Shown in pieces: positions 44,275 through 54,232 of a stretch of 64,000 nucleotides of DNA. Source of the stretch: a bacterium (lineage in GTDB: Bacteria; UBA8248); contig OY843592.1 in the NCBI GenBank assembly GCA_963692865.2, positions 480,001-544,000 on the forward strand, in the 5' to 3' direction. A model generated the notes under the pieces. The model saw nothing but the letters and a program-made list of their open reading frames with translations. It was not told where the DNA came from and ran no database searches. The number at the start of each line of letters is the position of its first letter. Position 1 is the first letter of the stretch. Position numbers and translations under genes: made by a program.

Positions 44275-45261
44275 CTAGCCCGGCGCGTACTCCGGGTTTT
44301 CGCTCCTGATCCGAAAGGCCTGGCGTCCGACCCTCTCGATTTCGCCCTCTATCAGGTCGCCCGGCTCCAGGTATTTCCCCCAGGAGGCGGCGTTACCGGC
44401 CGGCGAGCCGGTGCCGATGATGTCGCCCGTCCGCAGCGTGGCGATTCCCGACAGATACGATACCTGCTCGGCGACCCGCCAGACCATGTCGCCCGTGGTG
44501 GCGTCCTGCCTCAGTTCGCCGTTCACCCGGAGCTTGAGCCTCAGATCGTGGGGGTCGAGTCCCTCTTCGGGCAGGAGGATATAGGGGCCGATGGGCGCGA
44601 AGCCGTCGGGCGCCTTCATGGCGTACCAGTCGATGAACTTGCCCATGTTGAGCGTCGTGCGATCGCTCATGTCGTTGAACAGGGTATAGCCGCCCACGTG
44701 GCCCATGGCGCGCTCCACGGGGATGTTTTTGCCGCCCTGTCCGATGAGCACGCCGAGTTCGAGCTCGTAGTCGAGCTTTTCCATCGAGGGATAGACCGGC
44801 ACATCGTCATACGGGCCGCTCACGCAGGTGGCGGGCTTCAGGAAACAATAGAGCGGGAGTTCCTCCTTGAAGTCATCCACCTCGGTGCGCGCCATCTCGG
44901 CGGCGTGGGCCACGTAGTTCCTCGCCATGCAGAACAGCGTGTCCGGGACGACGGGAGGAAGAATCTCGACTTCTTCGGGTTCATAGACCACCTGCATCCC
45001 GTCGAAGCGAACCGGGTCTTTTTGGCTCTCGTTCGCTTCGAGCGCTTCGAGAGCCTCCTCGGCGAGAGGGCGGTTCAACTCCAGGTCCTCGATGAACTCC
45101 TCGCAATCACCGGGAACCTCGGCCTCGACGCGATCCATGGCCTCCGCCGCCGACTCCTCCTCCAGCGACAAGGCGTAGGCCAGCTTGAGATCGGCGATTT
45201 TCTCCCCGAACAAGACGCCGATGCGCGCCTCGCCCGCCAGGCTGAACGTACAGATTCGCAT
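44275..45261 (-). CDS. Fumarylacetoacetate hydrolase family protein
   Basis: NY..HA.E, DYELEL, GYTLFND.S.R, GDII.TGSPAG. Confidence 0.9.
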   Translation of the reverse strand: MRICTFSLAGEARIGVLFGEKIADLKLAYALSLEEESAAEAMDRVEAEVPGDCEEFIEDLELNRPLAEEALEALEANESQKDPVRFDGMQVVYEPEEVEILPPVVPDTLFCMARNYVAHAAEMARTEVDDFKEELPLYCFLKPATCVSGPYDDVPVYPSMEKLDYELELGVLIGQGGKNIPVERAMGHVGGYTLFNDMSDRTTLNMGKFIDWYAMKAPDGFAPIGPYILLPEEGLDPHDLRLKLRVNGELRQDATTGDMVWRVAEQVSYLSGIATLRTGDIIGTGSPAGNAASWGKYLEPGDLIEGEIERVGRQAFRIRSENPEYAPG

Positions 45262-45392
45262 GAGGATGAGCCTCCAGGTTTCAAGCCCGCGATGAGGGGA
45301 ATCCTACCACAGCAGGGTGGACCTTGCCGCACCGCCCTTGGAAATGGAACTTGCGGGAACAACAAAGGATCTGACGCCCGCCATGACCGCTT

Positions 45393-46181
45393 TTATTCCG
45401 TCCTGTGGTGTCGCTTCAAAAAATCGAGAATCAGCCGCCGCGCCGTCTCGTCGCGCGAGAGATTGTGCGCCCGGCCCTCGAAGAGGTGAAACTCCATGTT
45501 CACGCCCCGCTCTTTGGCCCTGCGCAGACACCGGTCGGCGGGCCGGCCGCGCCGCCAAGGGTCGTCTTTGGAGTAAAACGCGAGGGCGGGCGTATCGCGC
45601 GGCAGGCGCACCCCGCGCCCGCACGTGGAGCCCGAGATGACGCGGGCGCCGAACTCATCCCCCTCATAGGAGGCGGCCGCGGTTCCGCCTTGGCTGTGGC
45701 CCATCAGGAAGAGGTTTTTCCGGTCCGCCCAGGGGGTTCTCAACAGCCGATAGGCCGCGTGGCGGATCTCTTCCTGGCGCATCCGGCCCACCCGCCTGAA
45801 CGGCGCGCCCTTGACGGCCTGGCGCAGGGAGGGAATGCAGGTCTCGGGCCGGTAGCGGCGCGCGAAGCTGTCGGGCGCGATGACGGCGTATCCCGCCCGC
45901 GCCAGAAGGCGCATATAGCGCAAGTTCCCCCGGCCGAGCCCCGAGCAGCCGTGCGCGAATACGACGGTCGGGCGTTTGTTCTTAAGGCCCGATAGTTTCG
46001 CCTGAACGAATCCGTCGCTCATCCTGCCTTCGATGAATTCATCTTTCAGTTGAATCATGAAATATGCGGAATCGAATGTGCGCCTCGCCTCATCGGCCAG
46101 ATCGAGCGTTTTGGGGTCGACCCCTCCGACACAGCCTGAGAGAAAAAAACAAATCACCAACAGGAAAACGGATTGTCGCAT
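45393..46181 (-). CDS. Dienelactone hydrolase-like lipoprotein
   Basis: LSGC lipobox, HGCSG, GHSQGG, DPW, AH. Confidence 0.8.
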   Translation of the reverse strand: MRQSVFLLVICFFLSGCVGGVDPKTLDLADEARRTFDSAYFMIQLKDEFIEGRMSDGFVQAKLSGLKNKRPTVVFAHGCSGLGRGNLRYMRLLARAGYAVIAPDSFARRYRPETCIPSLRQAVKGAPFRRVGRMRQEEIRHAAYRLLRTPWADRKNLFLMGHSQGGTAAASYEGDEFGARVISGSTCGRGVRLPRDTPALAFYSKDDPWRRGRPADRCLRRAKERGVNMEFHLFEGRAHNLSRDETARRLILDFLKRHHRTE

Positions 46182-46217
46182 GATTGAAAAACCAGCGCTT
46201 TCTCTACTCATGAACCC

Positions 46218-47450
46218 CTAGACTACACCCTCATCCGTCAACTCTTGCAACTCCGCATCCGACACGCCGAGCAGGCCGCCCAAAATTTCCGCGTTGTGCT
46301 GGCCCACGAGCGGAGCGGAGGCCTCGTAGCCGCCTTCCATCTCGCTGAACTTGAAGGGAAAGCCCGGGGCTTTGGCGCCCTCCAGCCTCCCGAGGGTGGG
46401 ATGTTCGATGTCGACTATCATCCCGCGCTCCTGCATGTGGGGCCAGGCGAGGATGTCGTCGATGCTATTCACAGGCCCGCAGATGACGTCGTGCGCCCGC
46501 AGGGAGGAGACCGCCTCTTTCGTTTCGCGCCGCTTCGTCCATTCGGTGATGACGGCGTCGACCTCCGCGACCCTGCTCACGCGGCGGCTCATGTCCTCGT
46601 ACCGTTCATCGCCTATCAGGTCGGTGCGCTCGATGCCGCGCAGAATGTTGCGCCAATGCGGGTTGGTGCCCGAGGCGATGATGACCCAGCCGTCTTTCGT
46701 CTCATAGGCGTTGAACGGCGCGAGCCGCATGATGCGGTTGCCGATGCGCGGCGGGAGGCCGAGCCTTTCGTAGCAATCCATCGGCTCATCGAAGATCAGC
46801 GAGAAGATGCAGTCGATCATCGAAATGTCGATATGCTGGCCCATGCCCGTGCGCTCGCGGTGAAAGAGCGCCGTCATGACGGCGCCGAAGGCGAACGTGC
46901 CGCCCATGCTGTCGCCCAGGGCGGAGCCGGCCTTGGTGGGCGGGCCGTCTGGAAACCCCGTGAGGTTCATGAGGCCTGAGGCCGCCTGGGAGACGGCGTC
47001 GTAGCCCTTTAGCTCTGCGTCCGGCCCCGTTTGGCCGTAGCCCGTGATGGAGCAATACACCAGGGAGGGCTTGCGGGCATGGAGCGTCTCGTAGTCGATC
47101 TTGAGCCTGTTGGTGACGCCGACGGAGAAATTCTCCACCAGGATGTCCGAGCGATCCACGAGCCCGTAGAACATATCGAGACCGCGGGGGTCCTTGATGT
47201 TCAGGGTGATCGCCTTCTTCGCGCGCGTGCGCTTCAGGTAGGCCATCCCCATGTCCTCGTCCGTCTGGGGATGGTAGGAGACGCCCTTCTCGCCGATGAA
47301 GGGAGGGGAGTAGGCCACCGGGTCGCCCGTGGCCGGATTATCGATCCGGATCACCTCGGCCCCCAGTCCCGCCAGGAACAGCGTGGCCTGCGGACCCGAG
47401 AGAAACTGCGTCAGGTCCAGGACGCGAATGCCTTCGAGTGGCTTCGTCAT
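46218..47450 (-). CDS. Class III CoA-transferase (CaiB/BaiF/Frc family)
   Basis: PLEGIRVLDLTQ..GP, LGAEVIRI, ITGYGQTGP, SGLM, catalytic Asp in SALGD. Confidence 0.92.
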   Translation of the reverse strand: MTKPLEGIRVLDLTQFLSGPQATLFLAGLGAEVIRIDNPATGDPVAYSPPFIGEKGVSYHPQTDEDMGMAYLKRTRAKKAITLNIKDPRGLDMFYGLVDRSDILVENFSVGVTNRLKIDYETLHARKPSLVYCSITGYGQTGPDAELKGYDAVSQAASGLMNLTGFPDGPPTKAGSALGDSMGGTFAFGAVMTALFHRERTGMGQHIDISMIDCIFSLIFDEPMDCYERLGLPPRIGNRIMRLAPFNAYETKDGWVIIASGTNPHWRNILRGIERTDLIGDERYEDMSRRVSRVAEVDAVITEWTKRRETKEAVSSLRAHDVICGPVNSIDDILAWPHMQERGMIVDIEHPTLGRLEGAKAPGFPFKFSEMEGGYEASAPLVGQHNAEILGGLLGVSDAELQELTDEGVV

Positions 47451-47461
47451 GAAGAGCCGAA

Positions 47462-48004
47462 CTAGCCTTCGATCAGAATCTTCACCGCCTGGCGGGCCGC
47501 ATCGCCCGCGCGCGCGGAGATTTCCTCATCCGAGAGCGTGCTCAGGGGGTGTTCGATGACCACAGGATTGAGGTCGTTCATGCCCAACGCCGCCCTTTGC
47601 ACGTGGGCTTCGTGCAGGAAAACCTCCGTCACGACCACGGCGGTGGGCACGCCTTTTTCTTCCAGGGAGACCGCATCGTGCATACAGCACGAGGTGCAGG
47701 AGCCTCAGTCCCCGATCGCCGTCAGGACGACGTCGTTCTCCTCCACGATCTGCGCGATCAACTCGGGCGCCGCGTTCTTGGAAAAGCTCTCTTTCTTGTA
47801 GTAGCGCACCTCGGCGAAGGGGCCTTCCGCCTCCATCAGCGCCGTGGTTTTTTCGAGCAGCCTGCGCCCGTTCCACTTCGTGTTGTCCAGAACCCCGAGT
47901 TTCAAGCCCTTCAAGTTCCGGACGCGCCGCGCGGTTGGCTGGGCTTCGGCCTCGACCACCCCCCGTGGGTCGTAGACGATCTGGCCCGTGATGACGTCGC
48001 TCAT
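47462..48004 (-). CDS. UGSC-family selenoprotein, 180 aa
   Basis: MSDVITGQIVYDP...LDNTKWN...LTAIGD-TGA(47705-47707)-GSCTSCCMHDAVSLEEKGVP. AGGAGG RBS; hairpin UCGUGC-UGUAU-GCACGA at 47676-47692. Confidence 0.9.
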
Positions 48005-48033
48005 TGGTTTCCTCCTGTTTTCTCTCCCAAACG

Positions 48034-49128
48034 CTAAAGCAGACAGGTGCCGTCCACGCAGACGGGGCCGCCTTCGAGCGTTCTTCCGTCGATTGCCCGC
48101 AGAACCGGATTCGTCATGTGGCCCCAGCCGGGTATGAAGGCCGAAAAACGGCCCGCCTCCCCGCCCGCGACGAACAGGTGGATGTTCTCGGGACCCGGCA
48201 CGATGGGGATCCTCTCGTCCGGCTCGCGCCTGTACCACTTGGGGATGTTGCGGTTGTAGACCTTCCCGTAGCGGTGGTTGAACGAGATATCGGCGAACGT
48301 GTTCCTGGTGTGCATCCAGAGGTAACTCTTCACGTCGTTCCGCGTCCAGTTCTTCGCGCTGATGGTCGCCCCGTGCTCCGGGCTGATGACGACGGCGCAC
48401 GAGCCGCTGCTCACCGAATTGTTGTGCGCGATCGTGCTCATCGCCGAGCAGATGCTGTCGAGGATGCCCTCGGGGTCGTCCGCGATGTGGTTCGTCACGC
48501 TGTGGGGGGCTTCGGCCGCGATGGCGAAGACGGTGGAGTCCTCGGGCGCGTAGCCCTGTTCCACGTGATAGGGCGCCCAGGGGCTCGCCTCTTCGTTCTC
48601 CGCGATGCAGTAGGTGTATTTCGTGGGGCAGCCCAGCGTGCTCTTGTCCAAGTCGCCGGGCCAAGCGCCGCCGGCGTTCAAGAGCATCATCCGCACCGCG
48701 CGGCCTATCGTCGCGTTCGCGCGGTTGCCCGAGCCGAATACGTTGCAGCCCGCGTTCATGCCGATCTCGCCGCGAACCGGCCCGTTCACCACGATGAGCG
48801 GACTCGCCATGTGGGTGGTGGCCTGCACGCCGTTCAGGTTGAAGTGCGGGTCGCAAAGCGCCAACATCGCCGCGCGGACGACGGGCGCGTATTCCGCCTT
48901 GCAGCCCGCCATCACCATGTTGATCGCCAGAACCTCCCTCGTGAGGTTGCCCCAGCGCGGGGGCACGCGGCACTCGATGAGGTCTTTATCGCCCCCCAGG
49001 GCCGCGACGGCGGCGTCTATCTTCTCGGGCGTGGGCGGGACGACGGGAAGCCCGTCCGAGAATCCCTGCTCGTAGTAGTACTCCACCAGATCGACTTCCT
49101 GGTCGACTATCTGCGTCGTCTGCGGCAT
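48034..49128 (-). CDS. Uncharacterised UGSC-associated protein
   Basis: SDGLPVVPPT, INMVMAGC, GNRANATIGRA and AENEEASPW motifs; C-terminal CVDGTC. Confidence 0.8.
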   Translation of the reverse strand: MPQTTQIVDQEVDLVEYYYEQGFSDGLPVVPPTPEKIDAAVAALGGDKDLIECRVPPRWGNLTREVLAINMVMAGCKAEYAPVVRAAMLALCDPHFNLNGVQATTHMASPLIVVNGPVRGEIGMNAGCNVFGSGNRANATIGRAVRMMLLNAGGAWPGDLDKSTLGCPTKYTYCIAENEEASPWAPYHVEQGYAPEDSTVFAIAAEAPHSVTNHIADDPEGILDSICSAMSTIAHNNSVSSGSCAVVISPEHGATISAKNWTRNDVKSYLWMHTRNTFADISFNHRYGKVYNRNIPKWYRREPDERIPIVPGPENIHLFVAGGEAGRFSAFIPGWGHMTNPVLRAIDGRTLEGGPVCVDGTCLL

Positions 49129-49243
49129 GCCGAATCACCCCTGCTCGTCGTTTTCCAAAAATCCATCATAAACCGAATCCCGCCAAAGAAAAAGACGGGG
49201 GAATGGAAAGGAGGTAACAATACCTCTTTGGAATCACGTGTTC

Positions 49244-49894
49244 TCACACATCCGGAAAGAGCGTTTCCGCGTCCTTGAGCGCGCCTTCGGCCTGCTCGGG
49301 GGTGAGGCCCTTCACGCCCGAGAGGTCGACGCCGCGCAGGTCGGCGAGTTCCAGATCGGCGTCGTCGACGAGCGCGCCCGAGAGGTTCGCGCCCCCGAGT
49401 TTCGTCCGCTGGAGCGAGGCGCCGCGCAGGTCGGCGCCGCCGAGGTCCGCGCCCGTCAAATCCGCGAACTTGAGAGCGGCGGACATCATGTTCGCCCCGG
49501 CCATCCGCGCATTGGTGAGGTTCGCCCCCTCGAGGCTCGACTGGAACAAGTCGGCTCCTTCGAGACTGGCGCCGGCGAGGTCCGCGCCATCCAGGTTCGC
49601 CCATTGCGCGTTGGCGCGGAAGAGGCGCGCTTCGCGCAAATCCGCCTTGGAGAGGTTCGCCATGAACAGGCTGACGGTTTCGAGATTCGCGCCCGAAAAG
49701 TCCGCGCGCTCCCCTCTCGCTCCCGAACTCTGGAGCCACTTGCCGTGGGCTTCGATTTTTTCGGCGAAAAGCGCCTCCTGCTCCGCCTGCTCCGGCGCCA
49801 TGGGCAGGCCGAAGCCGCCGCCCGAAGCGGGCGGTCCGCCCACGGGCGGAGAGTCGTTCTTTTGCGTGAACCAGCCGAAAATCTTCTTGAGGAT
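49244..49894 (-). CDS. Pentapeptide repeat protein
   Basis: A(D/N)LxG repeats after H.KWL.S.G..GERADFS. Start uncertain (ATC at 49894 or GTG at 49843). Confidence 0.85.
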   Translation of the reverse strand: MLKKIFGWFTQKNDSPPVGGPPASGGGFGLPMAPEQAEQEALFAEKIEAHGKWLQSSGARGERADFSGANLETVSLFMANLSKADLREARLFRANAQWANLDGADLAGASLEGADLFQSSLEGANLTNARMAGANMMSAALKFADLTGADLGGADLRGASLQRTKLGGANLSGALVDDADLELADLRGVDLSGVKGLTPEQAEGALKDAETLFPDV

Positions 49895-50063
49895 GGCGCA
49901 CCTCGCTTTCCGAATTTCGACGCCGTACGGCTTTATGACCGAAGAGGATGAAACCGGGTTTTTCTTGCCTCAAGCCCCGGCCTTTTGTCAAACCGGCGGC
50001 GGCTTCAAACACTTTCGGGGAGCCGGGGTTCGCCCGCTCGTTAAGGCGATGCGGTTTTGTCGC

Positions 50064-50867
50064 TCATTCCCTCGGAAGGGAAACCAGAAACTCATGGCAG
50101 ATGCGCGAGAAGGCGTCGGGCCGCTCGATGAGCGCCACGTGGCCCGTACCCTCCATGACGATGAGTTGGGAACCCTCGATGCGCTCGTGGATTTCCTTCG
50201 CGTGGTGGGGGTCGACGATGAGGTCGCGGTCCGAACAGGTGATGAGCGTGGGAACCTGTATCCGGTGAAGCCGATCGAGCGTGTCTCCCTCCAGGCAGGC
50301 GCGCAGTTGCCCCTCCCAGCCCAGGTCGACGCCGGATTGCTCGGTGAGCCACTGCCTTTTCTGCTCCATTACATCGGCGTTCGCATCGTAGAACGCGTGG
50401 GAATAAAGCCCCAGGAGGCTCAGTTCCACCAAAGCCTCCCGTTCGCCGCGCGCGGCGAAGCGCATGCGGGCGCGCTGAAAGGAACCCAGCCGCGCGCAGT
50501 TTCTCGCCCAGGTGTGGTGCAGCCCCAGGCTGACGACGCGCCCCGGGTGGCGAAGCGCGAGCTCGGTGGAAATGTGCCCCCCCATCGAAAAACCCATCAC
50601 GTGGGCGCGCTCCACGCCCGCGGCGTCCAGAACGCCCGAGGCGTCATCCGCCATGTCCGCCAGGGAATACCCCGGCGCCGGCGCCGTACTCCTGCCCACC
50701 CCCCGGTTGTCGAAGACGATGCAGCGGTAATCCGCGCTCAGCAGGGGAAGCTGCGCCGACCAGAAGGTGTGGTCATGGCCCGTCCCGCTCACCAGCAGAA
50801 GGGGATGCCCCTCACCAAAGGTCTCATAGAAAATCTCCACGCCTGAGCGCAGCGTTACGAACGGCAT
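50064..50867 (-). CDS. Alpha/beta hydrolase
   Basis: FDNRGVGRS, GFSMGG, D and GTGH catalytic positions. Confidence 0.9.
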   Translation of the reverse strand: MPFVTLRSGVEIFYETFGEGHPLLLVSGTGHDHTFWSAQLPLLSADYRCIVFDNRGVGRSTAPAPGYSLADMADDASGVLDAAGVERAHVMGFSMGGHISTELALRHPGRVVSLGLHHTWARNCARLGSFQRARMRFAARGEREALVELSLLGLYSHAFYDANADVMEQKRQWLTEQSGVDLGWEGQLRACLEGDTLDRLHRIQVPTLITCSDRDLIVDPHHAKEIHERIEGSQLIVMEGTGHVALIERPDAFSRICHEFLVSLPRE

Positions 50868-50902
50868 TCAGTCATCCTCAAAATAGCGGGGGCGGCGCGC
50901 CC

Positions 50903-51583
50903 TCACATTTTCGGTTCATCCTCGGGTCCCCAGAAGTACGGATCGAGCAGCAAGCCCTCGCGCGGTATCTGCGCGACGGGCGCGAGGCCTTGTTTGAGCT
51001 TCAGGCGATGAATGGTCCGCAAGTGCACGAGCGCCTCCCAGTACATCTGCCGGAGCATACCCGCCAGGGTATAGGTGAATTCCGTCTCATCCTCGGGGTC
51101 TTGCGAGAGGCCCTCGTCGTGAAACGTGGAGACGTGCATCCAGAACCGGTACACGGGAAGGTCCGTATCGCCCATCAGCAATTCGGGCTTGAACGTGCGG
51201 GTGATGGAAATCGCCTTCAAATCATCCGTGCTCTTTCCCTCCGCCGCGCGTTCGGCGAAATGAATCGCCTCGTCGAACTTGGCCAGCAAATCATCGAGTT
51301 TCCAGTATTTCTCCTCATCCAGCCTGCGGTCGTATTGGCTGGGAGCAGCCTTCCTGAAATCCACCGGGTCTTCGGGCGGGTTCTCCGGCCAGAGGGTCTT
51401 GCCCCACATCTTCACCCACCAGAAGAAATAGGCGAGCGCCACGTGGCTTATCTGCCGCCTGATGCTCCAGCGCGACCACTCCTCGGATGGGCCCTCCCAG
51501 TCAAGCTGGGCGTCGGTCAGCCCTTCCACTTCCTGGTGATACATCGCGCGCAACGCCTGAAAATCAGGGACTCCCCCGCTCAC
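50903..51583 (-). CDS. DinB/YfiT-like protein
   Basis: L..AQLDW...WSIRRQISH.A and EALVHL..I motifs. GTG start after GGAGGAG. Confidence 0.7.
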   Translation of the reverse strand: MSGGVPDFQALRAMYHQEVEGLTDAQLDWEGPSEEWSRWSIRRQISHVALAYFFWWVKMWGKTLWPENPPEDPVDFRKAAPSQYDRRLDEEKYWKLDDLLAKFDEAIHFAERAAEGKSTDDLKAISITRTFKPELLMGDTDLPVYRFWMHVSTFHDEGLSQDPEDETEFTYTLAGMLRQMYWEALVHLRTIHRLKLKQGLAPVAQIPREGLLLDPYFWGPEDEPKM

Positions 51584-51686
51584 GCCCGTCTCCTCCCGAA
51601 TGAATGCTCCCATATCATGAAACCGCCGAATTCCCCACCGCCAACCGATACTCGCCGAACCGGGCGAGAAGGGCAACGCCCGGGCG

Positions 51687-53228
51687 CTAGAGAACCCTCA
51701 AATCCTCTCCCGTCATCTCGGGCGGCGGAGAGATGCCCATCAACCCCAACAGGGTGGGGGCCACGTCGCAAAGCGCGCCGCCTGTTCTGAGCGGGCCGTC
51801 GAAGCCGGGCGCGGCGATGATGCAGGGCGTATCGTTCAGCGTGTGCGCCGTGTGCGGACAGTCGTTCTCCGCATCCCACATCGTCTCGCAATTGCCGTGA
51901 TCCGCCGTCACCACCGCCGCCCCGCCCGCTCGCTCCAGCGCTTCGAGAACGCGCCCGAGACAGGCGTCCACGAAGCCGGCGGCCCGGACGGCGGCGCTCT
52001 CCACCCCCGTGTGCCCGACCATGTCCGGGTTGGCATAGTTCAAGACGATGGCGTCTTCATCGCCTCGTGCGATGGCGTCCAGTACCACCTCGGTTACTTC
52101 GCTCGCGCTCATCTCGGGCTTTAAGTCATACGTGGCCACCTTGGGCGAGGGAACCATGCGGCGCCTCTCGCCGGGGAGCGGCGCCTCCTCGCCGCCGTTG
52201 AAGAAATATGTGACGTGGGGATACTTCTCCGTCTCGGCGACCCTCAGGCAAGTCTTTCCCGCATCCGCCAGGGCGTGGCGGAACAGGCCCCCCATCCTCA
52301 GGGGCGGAAACGCGACGGGCAGCGCGAAGCGCTCGTCGTACTCCGTCATGCAGGCGTAATGAACCGAAGGCCTGCCCGAGACGTCGAAGCCGCCAAAACC
52401 CTCGTCCGTGAAGGCGCGGGTGATCTGCCGCACCCTGTCCGCGCGGAAGTTCATGCAGATCACGGCGTCGCCGTCCCGGATCAGCCCCGCCGGACGCCCG
52501 TTTTCAACGAGAACGACCGGCTCGATGAACTCATCCGTCACACCCTGCGCATAAGAGTTCCTTATCGCCTCTGCCGCGCTCCGCGCGTGAACGCCTTCTC
52601 CCGCCGCCATGGCGCGGTAGGCGCGCGCGCTTCTCTCCCATCGCTCGTCTCGGTCCATCGCGTAGTAGCGCCCGATGACGGTGGCGAGTTCGGCCCCCGC
52701 CTCGCGCCGCAGGTTCTCCGCGTAGCGGCCGACGAATTCCAGCCCCGAGCGGGGCGGCGTATCCCGCCCGTCGGTGAAGGCGTGCGCGAAGATGCGCCCT
52801 ATCCCGATTTTTCTCCCCAGCCGCGCCAGCGCGACCCCGTGGTACTGGAGGCTGTGCACGCCGCCGTCCGAGACCAGACCCAGAATGTGCAGGGCGCCGC
52901 CTTGATCTTTGGCCCGTTGAATGCACTCGACGAGTGGGGGGAGCTCGAAAAAATCGCCGCTTTCGATGGAGCGGTCGATGCGGACGATGTCCTGATCCAC
53001 CACACGGCCCGCCCCGAGGTTCAGGTGCCCCACCTCGGAATTGCCCATTTGCCCGTCGGGAAGCCCCACGGCGCGCCCCGAGGTGAGGAGGCGGGTGTGG
53101 GGACTGTCAGCGAGCAGGGCGTCCATCGTCGGGGTATCGGCCAGTGCGACGGCGTTATGGGCGCGCTCGTCCGATAATCCCCATCCATCCAGAACGATGA
53201 GCATGACGGGGCGAGGGGAGGGCTTCAC
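51687..53228 (-). CDS. gpmI: 2,3-bisphosphoglycerate-independent phosphoglycerate mutase
   Basis: LDGWG, GQMGNSEVGH, SDGGVHS, AETEKYPHVT, DMVGHTG, TADHGN. Confidence 0.96.
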   Translation of the reverse strand: MKPSPRPVMLIVLDGWGLSDERAHNAVALADTPTMDALLADSPHTRLLTSGRAVGLPDGQMGNSEVGHLNLGAGRVVDQDIVRIDRSIESGDFFELPPLVECIQRAKDQGGALHILGLVSDGGVHSLQYHGVALARLGRKIGIGRIFAHAFTDGRDTPPRSGLEFVGRYAENLRREAGAELATVIGRYYAMDRDERWERSARAYRAMAAGEGVHARSAAEAIRNSYAQGVTDEFIEPVVLVENGRPAGLIRDGDAVICMNFRADRVRQITRAFTDEGFGGFDVSGRPSVHYACMTEYDERFALPVAFPPLRMGGLFRHALADAGKTCLRVAETEKYPHVTYFFNGGEEAPLPGERRRMVPSPKVATYDLKPEMSASEVTEVVLDAIARGDEDAIVLNYANPDMVGHTGVESAAVRAAGFVDACLGRVLEALERAGGAAVVTADHGNCETMWDAENDCPHTAHTLNDTPCIIAAPGFDGPLRTGGALCDVAPTLLGLMGISPPPEMTGEDLRVL

Positions 53229-53261
53229 AACGACCTTTCCGGAAAAACCGAGACGCTCGTT

Positions 53262-54155
53262 CTATCTCGAGTCGAAGACGCGGACGAATTGCAACTTCTT
53301 CTTGTCCCACCGCCAGAATTCCTCGAACGGGAACCGATCGACCAGGAACGCGCTCTTCTCTTCTCCGCCGCTGAGGCTGAAAACCCGCTCTTTGTATTCT
53401 CTCTCCCCCTTAAGGATGAGAGTGGCCGGATTGCCCGGCCCGTTAAAGCGAAAACGAATCTTGGCGCTGAGATCCGCGCTTCTTTGAACGGACTGGGTTC
53501 CCGCATCGCCCAGTTGCGCCCTCGGCCATTGCAACTTCTCTCGCAGGCGCGCGAACCACACCAGTTCGAATCGGCGCTTGCGGGTCGGCTTGATTACCCG
53601 CACGGCGTCCGAAAAGCGGCCGTTCGAACCCTCGCGAACGTTGACTATCAACTCATACGAGCCGTCCCCCGTCAGATCGGCTATCTGGTATGTGATCTCC
53701 CGCCCCCGGCTCAAGTCGCTATAGGAGACGAGCGGTTTTCGGGCGCTCTTGTCGTCATCCATCAGACAAAAGGTGATGTAATGGTCCTTGGCGTGATCCG
53801 ACTGGATGACCATCAGGGTTTCGAGGCGCTTGTCCGCGTCCATGTTGATCGGGATGAAATCCACGGAAAAGGCGTAATTCTTCAGGTGATCGGAAGAGAG
53901 ATACCAGGGCCATTCGTTTTCCGGCAGCGGGCAATTCGACAGGGCGTTGAGCTGCACGTTCGAATCGGAGGAGAAAAACTTGCGCACCAGCAACCAATCC
54001 TCGGGCCTCTCCAGCCGCTTGAGATGAGAGACGAGACGGGAGATGCGTCTTTGCTCTATCGCTTCGGGCGTCTCCGGCGCGGCCGCAGACGCCTCCAATC
54101 TCCAGGCCGAGGCAAGAAGACACAAAATCAAGGCCATCCACATGAGGCCTTTCAT
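53262..54155 (-). CDS. Hypothetical exported protein with FG-GAP-like D-x-D/T-G-D motifs
   Basis: Signal peptide; NMDADKRLE and DLTGDGSYE. Confidence 0.65.
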   Translation of the reverse strand: MKGLMWMALILCLLASAWRLEASAAAPETPEAIEQRRISRLVSHLKRLERPEDWLLVRKFFSSDSNVQLNALSNCPLPENEWPWYLSSDHLKNYAFSVDFIPINMDADKRLETLMVIQSDHAKDHYITFCLMDDDKSARKPLVSYSDLSRGREITYQIADLTGDGSYELIVNVREGSNGRFSDAVRVIKPTRKRRFELVWFARLREKLQWPRAQLGDAGTQSVQRSADLSAKIRFRFNGPGNPATLILKGEREYKERVFSLSGGEEKSAFLVDRFPFEEFWRWDKKKLQFVRVFDSR

Positions 54156-54232
54156 CGCATGCTCCTTACAGGGCGCCACCCTATGCAGCAACATCAGCCA
54201 GCAATCTTACAATAAAACCGCGAAAAACAACA

